This document shows positions 10,026 through 23,149 of a stretch of DNA of 64,000 nucleotides, one piece after another. The position numbers and the translations under genes are program-made. The stretch is taken from contig NIVC01002392.1 in NCBI GenBank assembly GCA_002269645.1, positions 1 through 64,000 of the forward strand. The letters are read 5' to 3'. Within the stretch, counting starts at the first letter, position 1; each line of letters starts with the position of its first letter. This DNA is from Macrostomum lignano (lineage: Eukaryota). The notes beneath the pieces were generated by a model. The model had not been told where the DNA came from and ran no database searches. It saw nothing but the letters and a program-made list of their open reading frames with translations.

Positions 10026-12241
10026 TGATGTAACCGCCCTTGTCGCCTGTCCGCTCCGTAGAGAGACGAACGCATGGCTAGAGGGGGCAATGACCGTAGG
10101 CTGCCTATGACCGGGCAATGACCTGACGGACCTCCAGCACCAGACTGTCCCGCCCACATGATTAGTAGCTTTGGTAGCGCTTCGTGACCAGAGGGCCAAG
10201 GACCCACATGGACCCCACCTGTAGCCAAGGTGCAATAGTTGGTCACTCGGTCATGGTATGACCGAGTGGCTGCCACCACTCTATGTGACCTGGCGCACCT
10301 GGATCTTTCTACCAGACCTCTCGAGGCTAGAGCCCCGCCTGGATTGGTTACCAGGGGATTTAGGCTAACAGGGGAGACGCATGCAGCCGAGTACAGGGAC
10401 TCTGCTTGGGGCATGATCGGGAACTCTGGGCTCAATCCTGGAGGATTTCTCAGCAGGGGATCCTTTGTGGCTGTGAGCGAGGCTGACTTGCGACTTTGAT
10501 TACTAAGAGTAGTATGAGGCGAACATGTACTGTCTACAGTTTAGATTGCTCAGGGCGAAGGGACGCGTTAGCATGGGGTTGCAACCTTCCTACTGCCATT
10601 CTGTGCCAAGACTCGCTAATCCCTCTACTGCACGCACACGCGGCCCCGCAGCACGCACTCACAGGCGGGCTTTGCACGGGGAGAGGCCATTAGCTTACCC
10701 AAACTTCCTTATGCTTTGCCACCCCGGGAGAAAGGCTTAGCAAGCCATGAGTGAAATGATGGTGAAAGATTGAATAATGATGAAGTTAGTTAATAGTTAA
10801 TAATTAGGCCCTTAGGCAAATAAGCAGGCAATTAGGCGGCTTCACTATTGAGTAAAATACAGCAAAAGATACGGTATCACAATTGGCTCAGCTCTCTAAT
10901 CAGACAATGGAAAATAGGCAAACCCCGGATAAGCAAAGGCAATTAGAGCACAAATTAGTAGTAGGAACTTACCGGCAGCTGCACAGAGAGAGAGAGAGGC
11001 GGAGTGACCGAGGGCGGCTGTAGGCTGCAGTCAGGCAGACGGTGAAGCGGCGATGCGCTGGAGCGACGAGGCGCTGATGTAGATCAGGCGATGCTGATGA
11101 TGCTGGGCGGTATCAGACCGCTGGCCGATAGGCGAGCTCACTTGGGGAGCTAAGGATAACTTGGCGGTAACAGACCGCGGACCGGCAGGGATTCGTCTTA
11201 TAGACGAATGGGTCAGAACTCAATCTGACAGCAAGTCCAAAGAAGGACGAGGAGAGGAACAGAGATAAACTCAGTTGAGTATTCTCATGCCGAAATCGCT
11301 TCCTTTTATAGACCTCACAGCCGCCTCCTCAAGGTCGTTACCATGGCTCCCTCTCTCTGATTGGCTGCCGGCAGAATGACGTCAGAATGAGTCATGATGA
11401 GAAGCATGAGACCGGCATAGCAACATGAGAAATCGGGAAATTGCGCAATCCGGAGGTGGGGTGGGGGGATAATTGGCGCAGCGGGTGGTCGCGAAAGTGT
11501 TGCGCAAGCAAACATTGAGAACAATAGGGCTGGGGTCGAGAACAAAGGAATTGGAAAACGGGGATAATTGGGGAAAACTGAGAACAATGGAAAAGTAAAC
11601 ATTGGAGAAAAGGTGATAATTAGGTGCGAAAACGAGAACAAAAGAAAGAGAAAATCGGAGAAAATGTGATAATTGGTGGGGGTCGAGAGAACAAAAGAAG
11701 CAAAAACGAGAACAATAGAAGCGGAGGTGGGGTGGGTGTCACATGAGAAATTTGGGAAGGAGAACAATAGCGTGAGAAAAGGTTGCGCAAGAGAGGGGAT
11801 GAGTCATCGATGAGTCACCGAGGGGAGAAGGGGTCACACGACTTGCGTCACCGTTTGGGAGTTTGAGAGGGGATGGGGAGACGGTGAGCACACAAAGTAC
11901 TGTAAGTAGACACAGGGAAAGAGGGGACAGCGCAGGAAAAGAGTGCAGAGGGAGACAAAAAAAAGGAGGAGGTAGAGAAAGTACAGGAAGAATAGGGCGG
12001 GAACAGAAGAGATAGGGTAGAGGGGGAGGTACAGAAAGGGGTAGGGGCTCCGGAAAGGCAGGTGTGGCGGCAGGAGAGACGGGACCAAGGCAGCAGGAGG
12101 GGTGCAGCAGAGCGGGAGTCTCCAGGCCCGGTCGGAGACCTGGCCGAGTCTCGACAGCTCTGTGCAGAGGGTGCACGGGATAGGAGGCACTTTCGAAAAA
12201 GTTCCCATGCCCTATCCCGCGACCAGAGCGTGGTTACATCA
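10026..12241 (-). repeat. 5' LTR (2216 bp) of the gag-pro element
   Basis: Same termini as 1045-3259; followed on minus strand by the PBS. Confidence 0.93.
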
Positions 12242-13380
12242 ATATATCATTAGCAGTTAGCACTGCAGCTTACAATGTTTTTACCATAGACAACTATAAG
12301 GAATCTAGTAGTCAATCGATGCGAACGCAGGCTTAGCGGAGTGGGGTCGTTCTTCGGAGTTGTGATTTTTCAGGCTTGTGATACCCCCCCCCCCTTCTAA
12401 AACTGCACCCCCAATTTAAGGCAGACGAGCAAACAATGGTTTTATTTTCATCCATGGGGCCGAGCTCCCTCTGGGGTTGGGGGGTGAAGCCCCACATTGC
12501 AACCACAGACACTTTCATTTGATGAAAACGAACCTAATTGCCATGCAGCACTGCAGTCTAGAAACAGGTTGAAGCCCAGGATAAGAAAGATTGAATAATT
12601 CTTGTCACATCCACTTAAACTACCGAACCGAAAGTAGTACGCACAGAAAAGTCTCAGTTGAACAATCTAGAATATCGAAATGTTATGGCCCAGTTTTCCC
12701 GGAATGCAAAGGTTCGACGCACCTTTCGTTTGTCATTGAGCAGCTAAACATCTCTTGCGGTTGCGACTTATTCTATGGCAAAATCTAGTCTTTTGGCTGC
12801 AGGTTCAGTGCTAGCTATGGGCCAATTGTACAGACCTGCAGCGACGCACACGTTTCCTTGCTAAAGCCCCACAGCTAGAGGCTCTGACGCAAAGCAGAAA
12901 AAGTCTTCCCCCCAGCGACAGCCTGCAGGGTCAGCGAAGCGGAACTTTGACTCAGGCGCGCTTGGCTTGGTCAGGGAGTTGGCTGGCACGGAGACTGAGT
13001 AACTCCTCCAATTTTGACCAAGAATTCCCTAAATCAATTGCTTGTTTGGCGACGCCAAGCTTTAGGGACTGCAGAACACATGTAGTAATGAGCCTTCTGT
13101 CTTTCGTTAGGCAGACGGATGTCTGGGACTGAAAGAGAAGCTTGGGGAGGGGAGTGAGAAGAGAGAGAAATGGGTAGGCTAACCTACTGAGGATGCTTAG
13201 CGGTTGCCAGAGCGACAAGGAAATAAACAAAGCCGCAGTGCATGGCTATTGTCTCTGGGAGGGCTTTTAGAGTCCCGCGGCGGCGGCAGTTTCCTGGCTT
13301 TCCGCAGGAGAAAACTTTCCTACACCCCCTACCTCAAGAGCCTGCATTCGACAATTGAAACTCACTACTAGCGGCTGGAG

Positions 13381-14698
13381 ATGTTCGGCAAATTGTTGAT
13401 GATGGCGACTGCGCTATCAGTGACCTTCACCGCGGCTCAGGCTGCAGGTAAGCAACATTAGATCTTTGTAAAGCGGAATTGAACTCGTCAGGCTCTCTAA
13501 CGAATTGCAGAAACGATCAAAGTCGTGGTTTTAAAAGTCATCGAAGACAAACTAAAATTCCAGAGTTCTCTATCCAGCCGGTGAGCGATCCGATTGCGAT
13601 TTCGGACCAAAAAACTCTGCCGGGTCGCAACGAGAGAGACTGCGCGATGAGGTGCGAGTTGCTGGGCAGCCTGGTGTGCTCAGCCGTCTCATTCGTGCGG
13701 GAATCTGGTCTCTGCCTGCTGTCTGCCGTGCGGAATGCCAGCTTCGGAGCTGCTGGCGGCAGCAGCCAGGTGTTTCGGCGCACTGCCGGCGGGCTGGAGC
13801 CGTGTGAGTTTGAGCTCCTTCGTTGGAGTCCACTAAAGCTCGTGAAACGAGAAACTTCTAACAATTCATGTACTTTAAGTAGACAATGAGAACTAGTTTT
13901 TGTCTATAGCTACACTCACTGGAACTTGCTTAGTCTGCGAAACAGATGTATTTGCGGACGTTTGTCGGGCCTCACAATTTGTTTTCTCGTCTGACCTCAA
14001 GATTCTTACGTTCTTAGTCAGCTTAGGCCAACTTCCGTTCTCAACTAAGTCGTACAAGTAATTTGCGATTTTCAGACGTTGTTGGAGACCGGGTGTTCCA
14101 CTTGATACAGCAGCGAGTCAGAGGCAACCTAAGCTTTGCTCGGAACTGGACTGAGTACGAGAACGGATTTGGGGACGGCTATGACTTTTGGATTGGTGAG
14201 TTCTTCCGTAAAGTAAGATAGTTTCCTTTAAAAGAGTGAAATGATCTTTTCCATTTCTCATTTCCAGGCCTACGGATAATTAACGAGTTGACGGGAAACT
14301 CCCCGAGGCTTCTACGAGTCGAGGCTGTCACCTGGTCGAATGTCCTCTACGTCTGCGAGTACTCGAACTTTACTGTCGGAAATTCCACCACCAACTACAC
14401 CATGAACTACGGCTCCTACCTGACTGCTAGCTCAAACACGAGCATGGACTCGCTCAACTATCACAGGGGAAGGCCCTTCACCACCATCGACCGGGACAAT
14501 GACCAGAACCCAAGCGGTGCCTGCACCGACACCCGCGGCTTCGCTGGCTGGTGGTACGCGAACTGCTGCAACGCGAATCCAAATGGCATGTACTTTCACT
14601 CTGCTGTCACTGACATGTCGGCCATGGTGTGGTTTGGCGCCACATCGTCGAGCTACATTGCTCTGAAGAGCATTCGACTCATGCTCTACTTGGCTTGA
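13381..14698 (+). CDS. Secreted PAN/apple + fibrinogen C-terminal (FReD) protein, copy 1, ~285 aa
   Basis: Exons 13381-13447 (signal peptide MFGKLLMMATALSVTFTAAQAA), 13564-13803 (PAN: DCAMRCELLGSLVCSAVSF..GLCLLS), 14076-14195 (IQQRVRGNLSFARNWTEYENGFG..FWIG), 14268-14698 (FTTIDRDND..GWWYANC..NPNG). GT-AG sites; total 858 nt, in frame. Confidence 0.85.
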
Positions 14699-16611
14699 GC
14701 TTGTCAATAATTGTCAAAGTCTACACGACACAAGAAAACTAAAAAATTCAAAACTTTTTGTTATTGTCAGAAGATGTAATTTTTCAGTTCAAATCTCTCT
14801 AGGAACAAGAAACCCTCTCTGGTCGCTTCGATCCTCAGAAAGCGACACAGGCGTGTCCCTGCCTAAATTTTGTTACATTTTTTGCCTCACCTTTTATTTA
14901 GTGTCTTTTAAATGAATAGGTGAGTTACAGAGCAACTCACAATTTGGCATAGCATTGGTCTGCTTCAAACTTCAAACTTTTAAGGCCCAATTGAATGTTG
15001 CGTCGAGGCGTTGCATTCACGGCAGTAGGTTCTGTTCATAAGCAGAGCCAATTTATGCTGAACAGTGTCAGAAGATGCTCTGTAACTGGCCCATCTGTTC
15101 TATGCAATTAAAAATATCAATGGGAGGCTACCATGGAGGACTTCTTGATTCAAAAGAGTAAATTCGAATCACTTTGTGGCTACATGGGACAACTCTTAAT
15201 TAGTGAACCTCCTATTGTGCTCGCACTGTATGCAGCATAAGCATAGTACACCGTAATCTTTTATAATCTTGACAGTAACCTGAAAGTAATGCTGAATATC
15301 CTTTTAAGCATATTTTTTATTTGAAATTAATCTGGAGATACCTAAAATCAACAGAATTCTTTTCATGAACACTTCTTTAGATATTTTCTATCGCATTTTA
15401 AGAAAGTTTTATTGTCTTTTCAATGTCTTATCAACCTGATGAAGTACTGCTTCTTCAAGAATTTTGAGCTTCTACAAACCTGCAAGGTTCCTTACTAAAG
15501 CTCTCCCGGGGGAGAAACTCTGACACTAAACAGAAAGAAACGCTCCAACTCTTCTCAATTCCTGTGCAGAGAGGAACTAACATGGTTCTGTTCATGTAGT
15601 TCGTACATGCATTTGAAGCCAGACGTTAAAAAGCCCATAGGAATTGATAGCGTGTCATTAAATTTACGAGGTATCTTAAAGGCGTCGACCACAAATGAGT
15701 CGAGGGATTGGGATGATAGGATACCATGGTGGGTCAGAACCGTTTTTTGTGGCCTTACTGTTCATCAACTGGTATTATTAACTATAGCATTCTTTCATTT
15801 CTACTCTTCAGTAGGCGATCTTTTTACATCTAAAACCAAGATGTTTACGCCGTCACTGCTTGGGCGAGTCGGGAAGCTTTGCTGATGCCAACAACTCCTT
15901 CAACTTGCTTGCTTTTTTCACCGTGTCGCAGAGTTTTCAACCAGAGCGGTTTGGCTGCAAAGTCCGATTCTATTTTGACACAGTTGCTTCAAAACTGACA
16001 CCCTATGGTTTGAATACCAAAAAGTCCGATTCATTTCTGACATCTCGTAATCAATATTGAACAGTTTAAAACCAATTTTGACTGCTACCTTACTATGTCT
16101 GTTCTTGGTTGTGTATGTTTCAGAAAAAAGACCATAAACACGTGACATTGTTAACGATTCAACAGAAATGTTGTAGCTAAATGTACTCGTATAACAGGCA
16201 GATACTAGACTTCTAGGTTAGGTTAGGTATCTAATCTAAGACCAGCATTAACTTTAAATATTATGATGTAACCGCCCTTGTCGCCTGTCCGCTCCGTAGA
16301 GAGACGAACGCATGACTAGAGGGGGCAATGACCGTAGGCTGCCTATGACCGGGCAATGACCTGACGGACCTCCAGCACCAGACTGTCCCGCTCACATGAT
16401 TGATAGCTTTGGTAGCGCTTTGTGACCAGAGGGCCAAGGACCCACATGGACCCCACCTGTAGCCAAGGTGCAATAGTTGGTCACTCGGTCATAGAATGAC
16501 CGAGTGGCTGCCACCACTCTATGTGACCTGGCGCACCTGGATCTTTCTACCAGACCTCTCGAGGCTAGAGCCCCGCCTGGGATGGTTACCAGGAGATTTA
16601 GGCTAACAGGG

Positions 16612-17478
16612 TATCAGCCCCACTAACACGAACTACTCTGATTTGAATAAGTAAATTGATGAATTAACGATTCCAGCAATGTATCCTTAACTTAATATAT
16701 TTATACAATTATTAAACTGATGAATTATGAATATTAACAAGCTAAGCAGTGGGGGGGGGTAAGTCTGAGCAATTCCATCGCCTAGCACTGGGGCTGATTT
16801 AGCCATTACTACTCTATCTGATTAAAGAAAGCCTGCATATCTAATGCTAATTACTTAAGTGATCATAATCAAATTACATAGTCATGGCACGCTCAGTCTT
16901 ACCCAAGTAATGAGCAGTAGCGAAGGCACGCACAGTAGAACTTGCAGATATTACAACTTGGAGAGTATGTAGAGTTTTTAGAGAATAGAAGGCAGTGATA
17001 ATTTAGTCAAAATCATACTTATATTTATAGTAATTATTGCCCGCGCAGTTCCCAGTCATCTAGTCCAGCACCCCAGTCTTCTGCGATATTTCACACGCCC
17101 TTCCGTTCTTACGTTCCCGTCGTGCATCATCAGATGTCGCCTTCTCCAACTCGTTACCTCGTTCCAGATTCGTTGACATCAGTTCCCAAGTTCCCACCGA
17201 TTCTGAAAGGCTTATCCTGCGTAAAATATTAGTTGTCCCCCACCCCACAAATACCCTAATGGACCCTTTAAAGTGGAAACAGACTTTTAGGGCGGCCTGC
17301 ACTCGCCCTTTGCAATGCCGTCGTCAAGCACTTGTGGCTTTTTGTAAGAGTGTAGCAGTTCGCATCTACAACACTCCACCACGCTCTGATAGCATTGCAG
17401 ATCCCTAATACTACTTCCTAAAATAGTCCCTAAATAGTCCCTAAGGCCTACATGCATATAAAATTGAATCCTTATACA
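16612..17478 (-). mobile_element. ~870-bp insertion in the solo LTR, probably a solo LTR of another family
   Basis: Host LTR is continuous across it (ctaacaggg|...|ggggagac); short target duplication (ACAGGG, or GGG(G) with TATCAG...TATACA ends); TATAAATATAAG on minus strand near 17030; no ORF. Confidence 0.55.
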
Positions 17479-18042
17479 GGGGAGACACATGCAGCCGAGT
17501 ACAGGGACTCTGCTTGGGGCATGATCGGGAACTTTGGGCTCAATCTGGAGGATTTCTCAGCAGGGGATCCTTTGTGGCTGTGAGCGAGGCTGACTTGCGA
17601 CTTTGATTACTAAGAGTAGTATGAGACGAACATGTGCTGTCTATAGTTTAGATTGCTCAGGGCGAAGGGACGCGTCAGCATGGGGTTGCAACCTTCCTAC
17701 TGCCATTCTGTGCCAAGACTCGCTAATCCCTCTACTGCACGCACACACGGCCCCGCAGCACGCACCCACAGGCGGGCTTTGCACGGGGAGAGGCCATTAG
17801 CTTACCCAACTTCCTTATGCTTTGCCACCCCGGGAGAAAGGCTTAGCAAGCCATGAGTGAAATGATGGTGAAAGAGTGAATAATGAGGAGGTTAGTTAAT
17901 AGTTAATAATTAGGCCCTCAGGTAAATAATCAGGCAATAAGGCGGCTTCACTATTGAGTAAAATACAGCAAAAGTTACGGTATCACAATTGGCTCAGCTC
18001 TCTAATTAAGCAATGGAAAATAGGCAAACCCCGGATTACCGG

Positions 18043-18359
18043 TGTTAGGCTTTCTGTTCTCCGGGGTCTTAATTTATCCGGGGGACATCGCAAAGCAAAA
18101 TTATTGTCGCTTTGCGATAACCTACCCTGGATAATCCAAGGCACAACAAAATCGGGCTTTGAAATATCCGGGGTCTTAAATTGTCCGGGGTGAATAAATT
18201 AAGATTTGGGTGGCAAGGTGGTCAAGTTATTTACCTGAGAAAGCGCATGTGAATGGGGCAGGACATCATTTCGAGAGAACGGGGCTGACTCAGAGGCCAG
18301 GAAGGGCTCTGACTGCACCTTAGACAGTGGAGGGGCAAATGATGTGCAGTTTAAGAATA
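18043..18359 (-). mobile_element. Ginger-like non-autonomous TIR element, copy A (terminal part; continues at 23556-23714 after the Gypsy insertion)
   Basis: Reverse complement of 24700-25013; starts TGTTA immediately after CCGG (18039-18042); other end deleted. Confidence 0.7.
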
Positions 18360-18751
18360 TGTTGCAATGTTATTCCAATGTACCTAGTTTCCAGAAGTTT
18401 CCTTTCCCCTTCGCGCATTCTATACGAGTAAAATTTCCAAATTAATTTCTGCATTTTTCTTCGAATTTCCATAACAAAATATTTCTACGCGGAACCTTTA
18501 CATATCTTATAGTTTAATTATTAGCCATATTCTTATTCAACGCATTTATCCGTATTAGCTACAGTTTACATTATAACGTTGTATCTTTGTTATAATTCTA
18601 AAGAAATTTCCAGAACACCGTTAATTTTGCTATAAATATACACCAGGCAAACCCAGCTAATAAGCAAGTGTTTTTCCGGTAATCTCGATTATCGATAATA
18701 AATATTTGAACCACCGCTTTCAAGCCTCATTTATTTTTCAGACACGCTACA
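18360..18751 (+). repeat. 5' LTR of the CsRn1-like element (392 bp)
   Basis: TG...CA; TATAAATA at ~18631; AATAAA at ~18697. Confidence 0.93.
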
Positions 18752-18824
18752 ACTGGTCCGGTGAGGCGTCCAATTGACTAGCATTTAATTCAGACCATTC
18801 AATTCATTCAGCGTGTACGATCCA

Positions 18825-19751
18825 ATGGCGGAAGAAAGCACCAACACACCATCCGTGGTCAGCCAGCAGCCCTCCGGGGTCAGCCAGCAGCCCTCCGGGG
18901 TCAGCCAGCAGCCCACACAAGGAGCGAGTGTCGCGGCGGCACCTGCCGACCCGCCTGCGGTAGCTGCGGTAGCCCTTAAAGTACCGCCATTCTTTCGTGG
19001 CAACCCCGATGCATGGTTTCGGATGTTGGACGCTCAGTTCGACCTTCGAAACATCACCTCCGAGGTAACGCGGTTCAACCACCTGATCTGTCATCTACCG
19101 GAGGATATCGCAGCTGTTTTATTATCTGTGGACACTCCGTCCAACTATACCGCACTGAAGCAAGCCGTACTGAAGATGCTTCAGAAGAGTCAGCAAGAGC
19201 GAATTAACGAGGTCATGAGCGTCTCTGACCTGGGAGGAGACAAACCCAGCATCTTCATACAGCGGCTGCAGGCCAAGATGGCTCAATGCAATATCAAGGA
19301 GAACCCAGACATGGTCAAGGCCACGCTTCTCCGCTGCCTCCCGGCAGAGCTACGCCTTCATCTGTCCGGTTTTCAGGACGAAGATCCAGCACGGCTCGCT
19401 TCCATCGCGGACTCCATGCTGGCTATTCAGCAGTCATCTGGCCACCGCGTCCACGCAGTTCAGAGTACGGCAGGCGACTCAAAGACATCGGGGCCACGGC
19501 AGAAGTCACAGCTGACATCCAGCATGGAACCCTTCTACCCAGGCCAAAAACCAGTAGTCTGCAGAGGACATCTCTACTACGGTGCGCGAACACGCACATG
19601 CAGACGCTGGTGCCAGTTCCCGCGCTCATCCGGCGGCCGCCAGCCTCGCATCCTAGGTCCCAACGAGAGGACTCCGGTGCAATCCCGCTCGAACTCGCCA
19701 GAACGTCCGGCCCAGGGAAACTTCCAGGCACTACCCATGACGCCGCAGTGA
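18825..19751 (+). CDS. gag: Gag of the CsRn1-like element (intact)
   Basis: VALKVPPFFRGNPDAWFRMLDAQF; CHCC knuckle C-x2-H-x9-C-x3-C (CRGHLYYGARTRTCRRWC), typical of CsRn1 clade; -1 slippery site G GGA AAC at 19715-19721. Confidence 0.9.
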   Translation: MAEESTNTPSVVSQQPSGVSQQPSGVSQQPTQGASVAAAPADPPAVAAVALKVPPFFRGNPDAWFRMLDAQFDLRNITSEVTRFNHLICHLPEDIAAVLLSVDTPSNYTALKQAVLKMLQKSQQERINEVMSVSDLGGDKPSIFIQRLQAKMAQCNIKENPDMVKATLLRCLPAELRLHLSGFQDEDPARLASIADSMLAIQQSSGHRVHAVQSTAGDSKTSGPRQKSQLTSSMEPFYPGQKPVVCRGHLYYGARTRTCRRWCQFPRSSGGRQPRILGPNERTPVQSRSNSPERPAQGNFQALPMTPQ

Positions 19752-22700
19752 GCAGTGCCACAGACGAAGCGGCGCGCAAACCTTGTCTCGTCGTCGACCT
19801 CCTCTTTGACGCGCGTCGCCTACCGTTCCTGGTCGATACTGGCGCTGCAGCATCTATCATCCCACCGCAGTACTTATCCCATAACGTCCAGGCAACAGGA
19901 TTCCGATTAACCACCGCCACAGGTGACACCATTCCTGTTGTCGGCGAAATCTCCCTGGAAGTCGCCATTAAAGGACTGCGTCGCGCCTATCGATGGACTT
20001 TCATAGTGGCCTCCGTCGTTCACCCCATCCTCGGCTACGATTTTCTGTCGCATTTCGGTCTCTTGGTCGACTGCAAAGCTCGACAGCTGGTGGATCCGAC
20101 AACTACATTCCATACTCCACCTCTGCCCGTCACTACGACGACCATCGGCAACTTCAGCGTCACTCCGAACTACCCCGACGACTGCGATCCACGCGTCAGG
20201 CGGCTGATCGACTGATTTCAGGATACCTTTACCTACGTGGAGGGAGGTCGGCTGCCGCCGGCGGACGTGATCAAGCACGACACTGTTCATAGGATCGACA
20301 CCGGCGGACATCAGCCAGTGCACGCCAGAGCGCGTCAGCTTCATCCGGAGAAACTTCGCATCGCTCGCGAAGAATTCCAGCAACTCATCGATGCCGGGTA
20401 CATCCGTCCATCCAAGAGTTCATGGGCTTCGCCACTCCACATGGTTCCGAAGAAATCAGACGGCAAACCATCTGGCAAGTGGCGACCGTGTGGCGACTAA
20501 AGAAGGGCTCAACAGCGCTACCAAGCCAGACAGCTACCCGGTCCCACACATCCAGAGTTTCACGCGTTATCTCCATGGCGCGACGGTGTTCAGCAAGCTC
20601 GATCTGGTTCGCGCTTACCATCAGATCCCCATTGCGGAAGAGGACATCGCCAAGACTGCCATCATCACGCCGTTTGGCCTCTTTGAGTGGACTAGGATGC
20701 CATTCGGACTTCGCAACGCCGCGCAGACCTTCCAGCGCTTCATCGACTCCGTCCTGCGCGGCCTGCCTTGCGTCATCGCCTACTTGGATGACCTTCTGGT
20801 CTACTCGAGGTCGGAGGAGGAGCATCTCCAACATCTAGAAGCCGTGTTGACCCGCCTAGCTCATCACGGCTTGAAGGTTCAGCTCAGCAAGTGTGTTTTC
20901 CTTAAGAGCGAAGTCACCTTTCTCGGCCACCACGTTTCCGCCGACGGAATCCGACCTCTCGAAACGAGGGTCGAGACCATCAAAAACTGGCAGGTTCCCC
21001 GCGACGCTGCTGCCCTGCGACGTTTCCTCGGCGTGATCGGTTTCTACCGACGTTTCATCTCCGGTTTCGCATCCACCGCAGCCCCATTGCAGGATCTGCT
21101 CACCGCAGCACTACGGTCTCCTCGATCCTACCAATGGAGCGACATCCACCAAGCCGCATTCGACGACCTCAAGAAGAAGCTCGCCGAGCGTCTCCTGCTG
21201 TACCACCCCGATCCAGACTGCTCGGCCTATCAGCTGGTCACGGATGCCTCTGCTACCAGCGTCGGAGCCGCATTGCATCAGACAGTCGGAGAGCAGACCA
21301 CCTTGATCGGCATGTTCAGCAAGAAGCTCTCCGCCGCCCAGCGAGCCTATTCAGCATTTGATCGAGAGCTACTAGCCGCTTACCTTGCCGTGCTTCACTT
21401 CCGGAACCTGATCGAGGGCAGGCACGTCACGGTCTTCACAGATCACAAGCCTCTCGAGCAGGCATTCCGACACAACTCCCACGGCAACTCCGACCGCAAC
21501 CAGCGCTACATGAGCATCCTGTCTGAGTACGTCACCGACTTTCAATATATCCGTGGCTCGGACAACGTCGTCGCCGATGCACTTTCCAGACTCGACGAAC
21601 CGACCGCCATCGCAGCCATCCAGCAGGGAGCAGCGCCAACTGACCTGTCAGCAATCGCCGATCAGCAAGCCGCCGACAACCTCTCCGAATCAGACCATTG
21701 CCGCTTCTTTCCACTTGGAGACGGCCGTCGCGTACTCTGCGAGACCTCCACGGGTTACCCTCGCCCGGTCGTCCCCATCTCCATGCGTGAATCACTGCTG
21801 AAACATTTTCACGAACTCGGTCACTACGGATTCCGCAGGACCGCCAACCTGATCATCAGCCGCTACTACTGGACCGGCATGCGCACAGAGATCAAGGTCT
21901 TTTGCAGGTCATGCGAGGTTTGTCAGCGCACCAAGATAGACCGCCACACGACGGCCGGCAGCGCTGCCTTCAACCTCCCATCCAACAGGTTCGAGACGGT
22001 ACACATCGACATCGTCGGCCCTCTTCCAGTTCCCGAAAGGAATCATGATACTTAGTGCGGTCTTACACCTCGGTATCTCCTTACTATGATTGACCGCAAC
22101 ACGGGCTGGCTAGAGGCCGCACCCCTCGAGACCGTCACAGCACAAAGCGTGGGAGCAGCCTTCATCGCTTCCTGGATTTCTCGCTTCGGAGTGCCCCTGT
22201 ACGTCATCACTGATAGAGGACCACAGTTCGAGTCCGAGCTCTTCGAGACACTCTCGTCCACCGTGGGTTTTCACCGCCTACGCACCACAGCGTACCACTC
22301 ACAGTGCAACGGGAAGATCGAGCGCGCCCACAGGACTCTGAAGACGATGCTTAAGGCGCGCGGTCCTGCATGGCTCGACAACCTCCCATTGGCACTCCTC
22401 GCCATGCATGTCACTCCGGACGATTCAGGCATCAGCCCATTTACCAGGCTCACCGGCGAGCATCCGATGCTTCCACGGGTCATCGTCAGCGACAAAGATC
22501 CTAACTCCATTCAGATGAGCTTAGACCACCTCTTGGAGCAGCGAACAAGAATGACGTCCACCACACCGCATGTGCCTCAGGAGCTATGGTCGACCGACAA
22601 GGTTTGGGTCCGCGTGGACAGGGTGAGGAAGCCGTTGGAAGCGCCGTACTCCGGACCATACCCAGTCATTCGGCGCACTCCCAAGTTTTTCATCATCGAG

Positions 22701-22979
22701 TTCCGCCCTGGTCACGAAGAAGCCATCTCCATCGACAGGCTCAAACCCTGCAGGTCGACCCCAAGGCCACCGACATAGAGCAGGCCTAGGCAGACCGTAC
22801 AGCCGACTTCAGGGCAGGAGGAAACCTCTACACCAGCAGGACACCAGGACGACACGGAGGCCACACCAACATCCACTACAGCGAATACACCGAAAGTCGA
22901 CGAGGAGGCACCGACGACCCGAACAAGAAGTGGACGACGCGTCCGATTTAAAGCCCAAGATGACTACCTTTACTTCTGA
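19714..22979 (+). pseudogene. pol: pol (protease, RT, RNase H, integrase with GPY/F motif), disrupted
   Basis: FLVDTGA; YLDD; TDAS..ELL..TDHKPL..DALS; HHCC; D(HIDIVGP)-D(ITDRG)-E(KIER); PYSGPY; C-terminal TRSGRRV. In-frame stops at 20213, 20498, 22053, 22776 and a +1 frameshift near 20505. Confidence 0.92.
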
Positions 22980-23149
22980 CATCACCTGACCTCATCTGTA
23001 TCTTAGTCGCATCTTGCTATCCATTCGTTACAGACTTTGGACCCGACCGTCGACATCTTCAGTGTATATAGCCCATTCGGTCATTAATTTGTACATACTG
23101 CGCGATCATCATTCTATCTAGGGACTCCGTCTCCGGTGGGGGGGACTAT

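Larger units (their letters stand above)
1045..12241 (-). mobile_element. Ty3/Gypsy-type LTR retroelement, non-autonomous (gag + protease only), 11.2 kb
   Basis: Two near-identical ~2.2-kb direct repeats (1045-3259, 10026-12241) with TGATGTAAC...GTTACATCA ends; 4-bp TSD ATAT (1041-1044 / 12242-12245); PBS and PPT adjacent to LTRs; gag and protease ORFs on minus strand; no RT/RNaseH/integrase ORF found. Confidence 0.93.
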
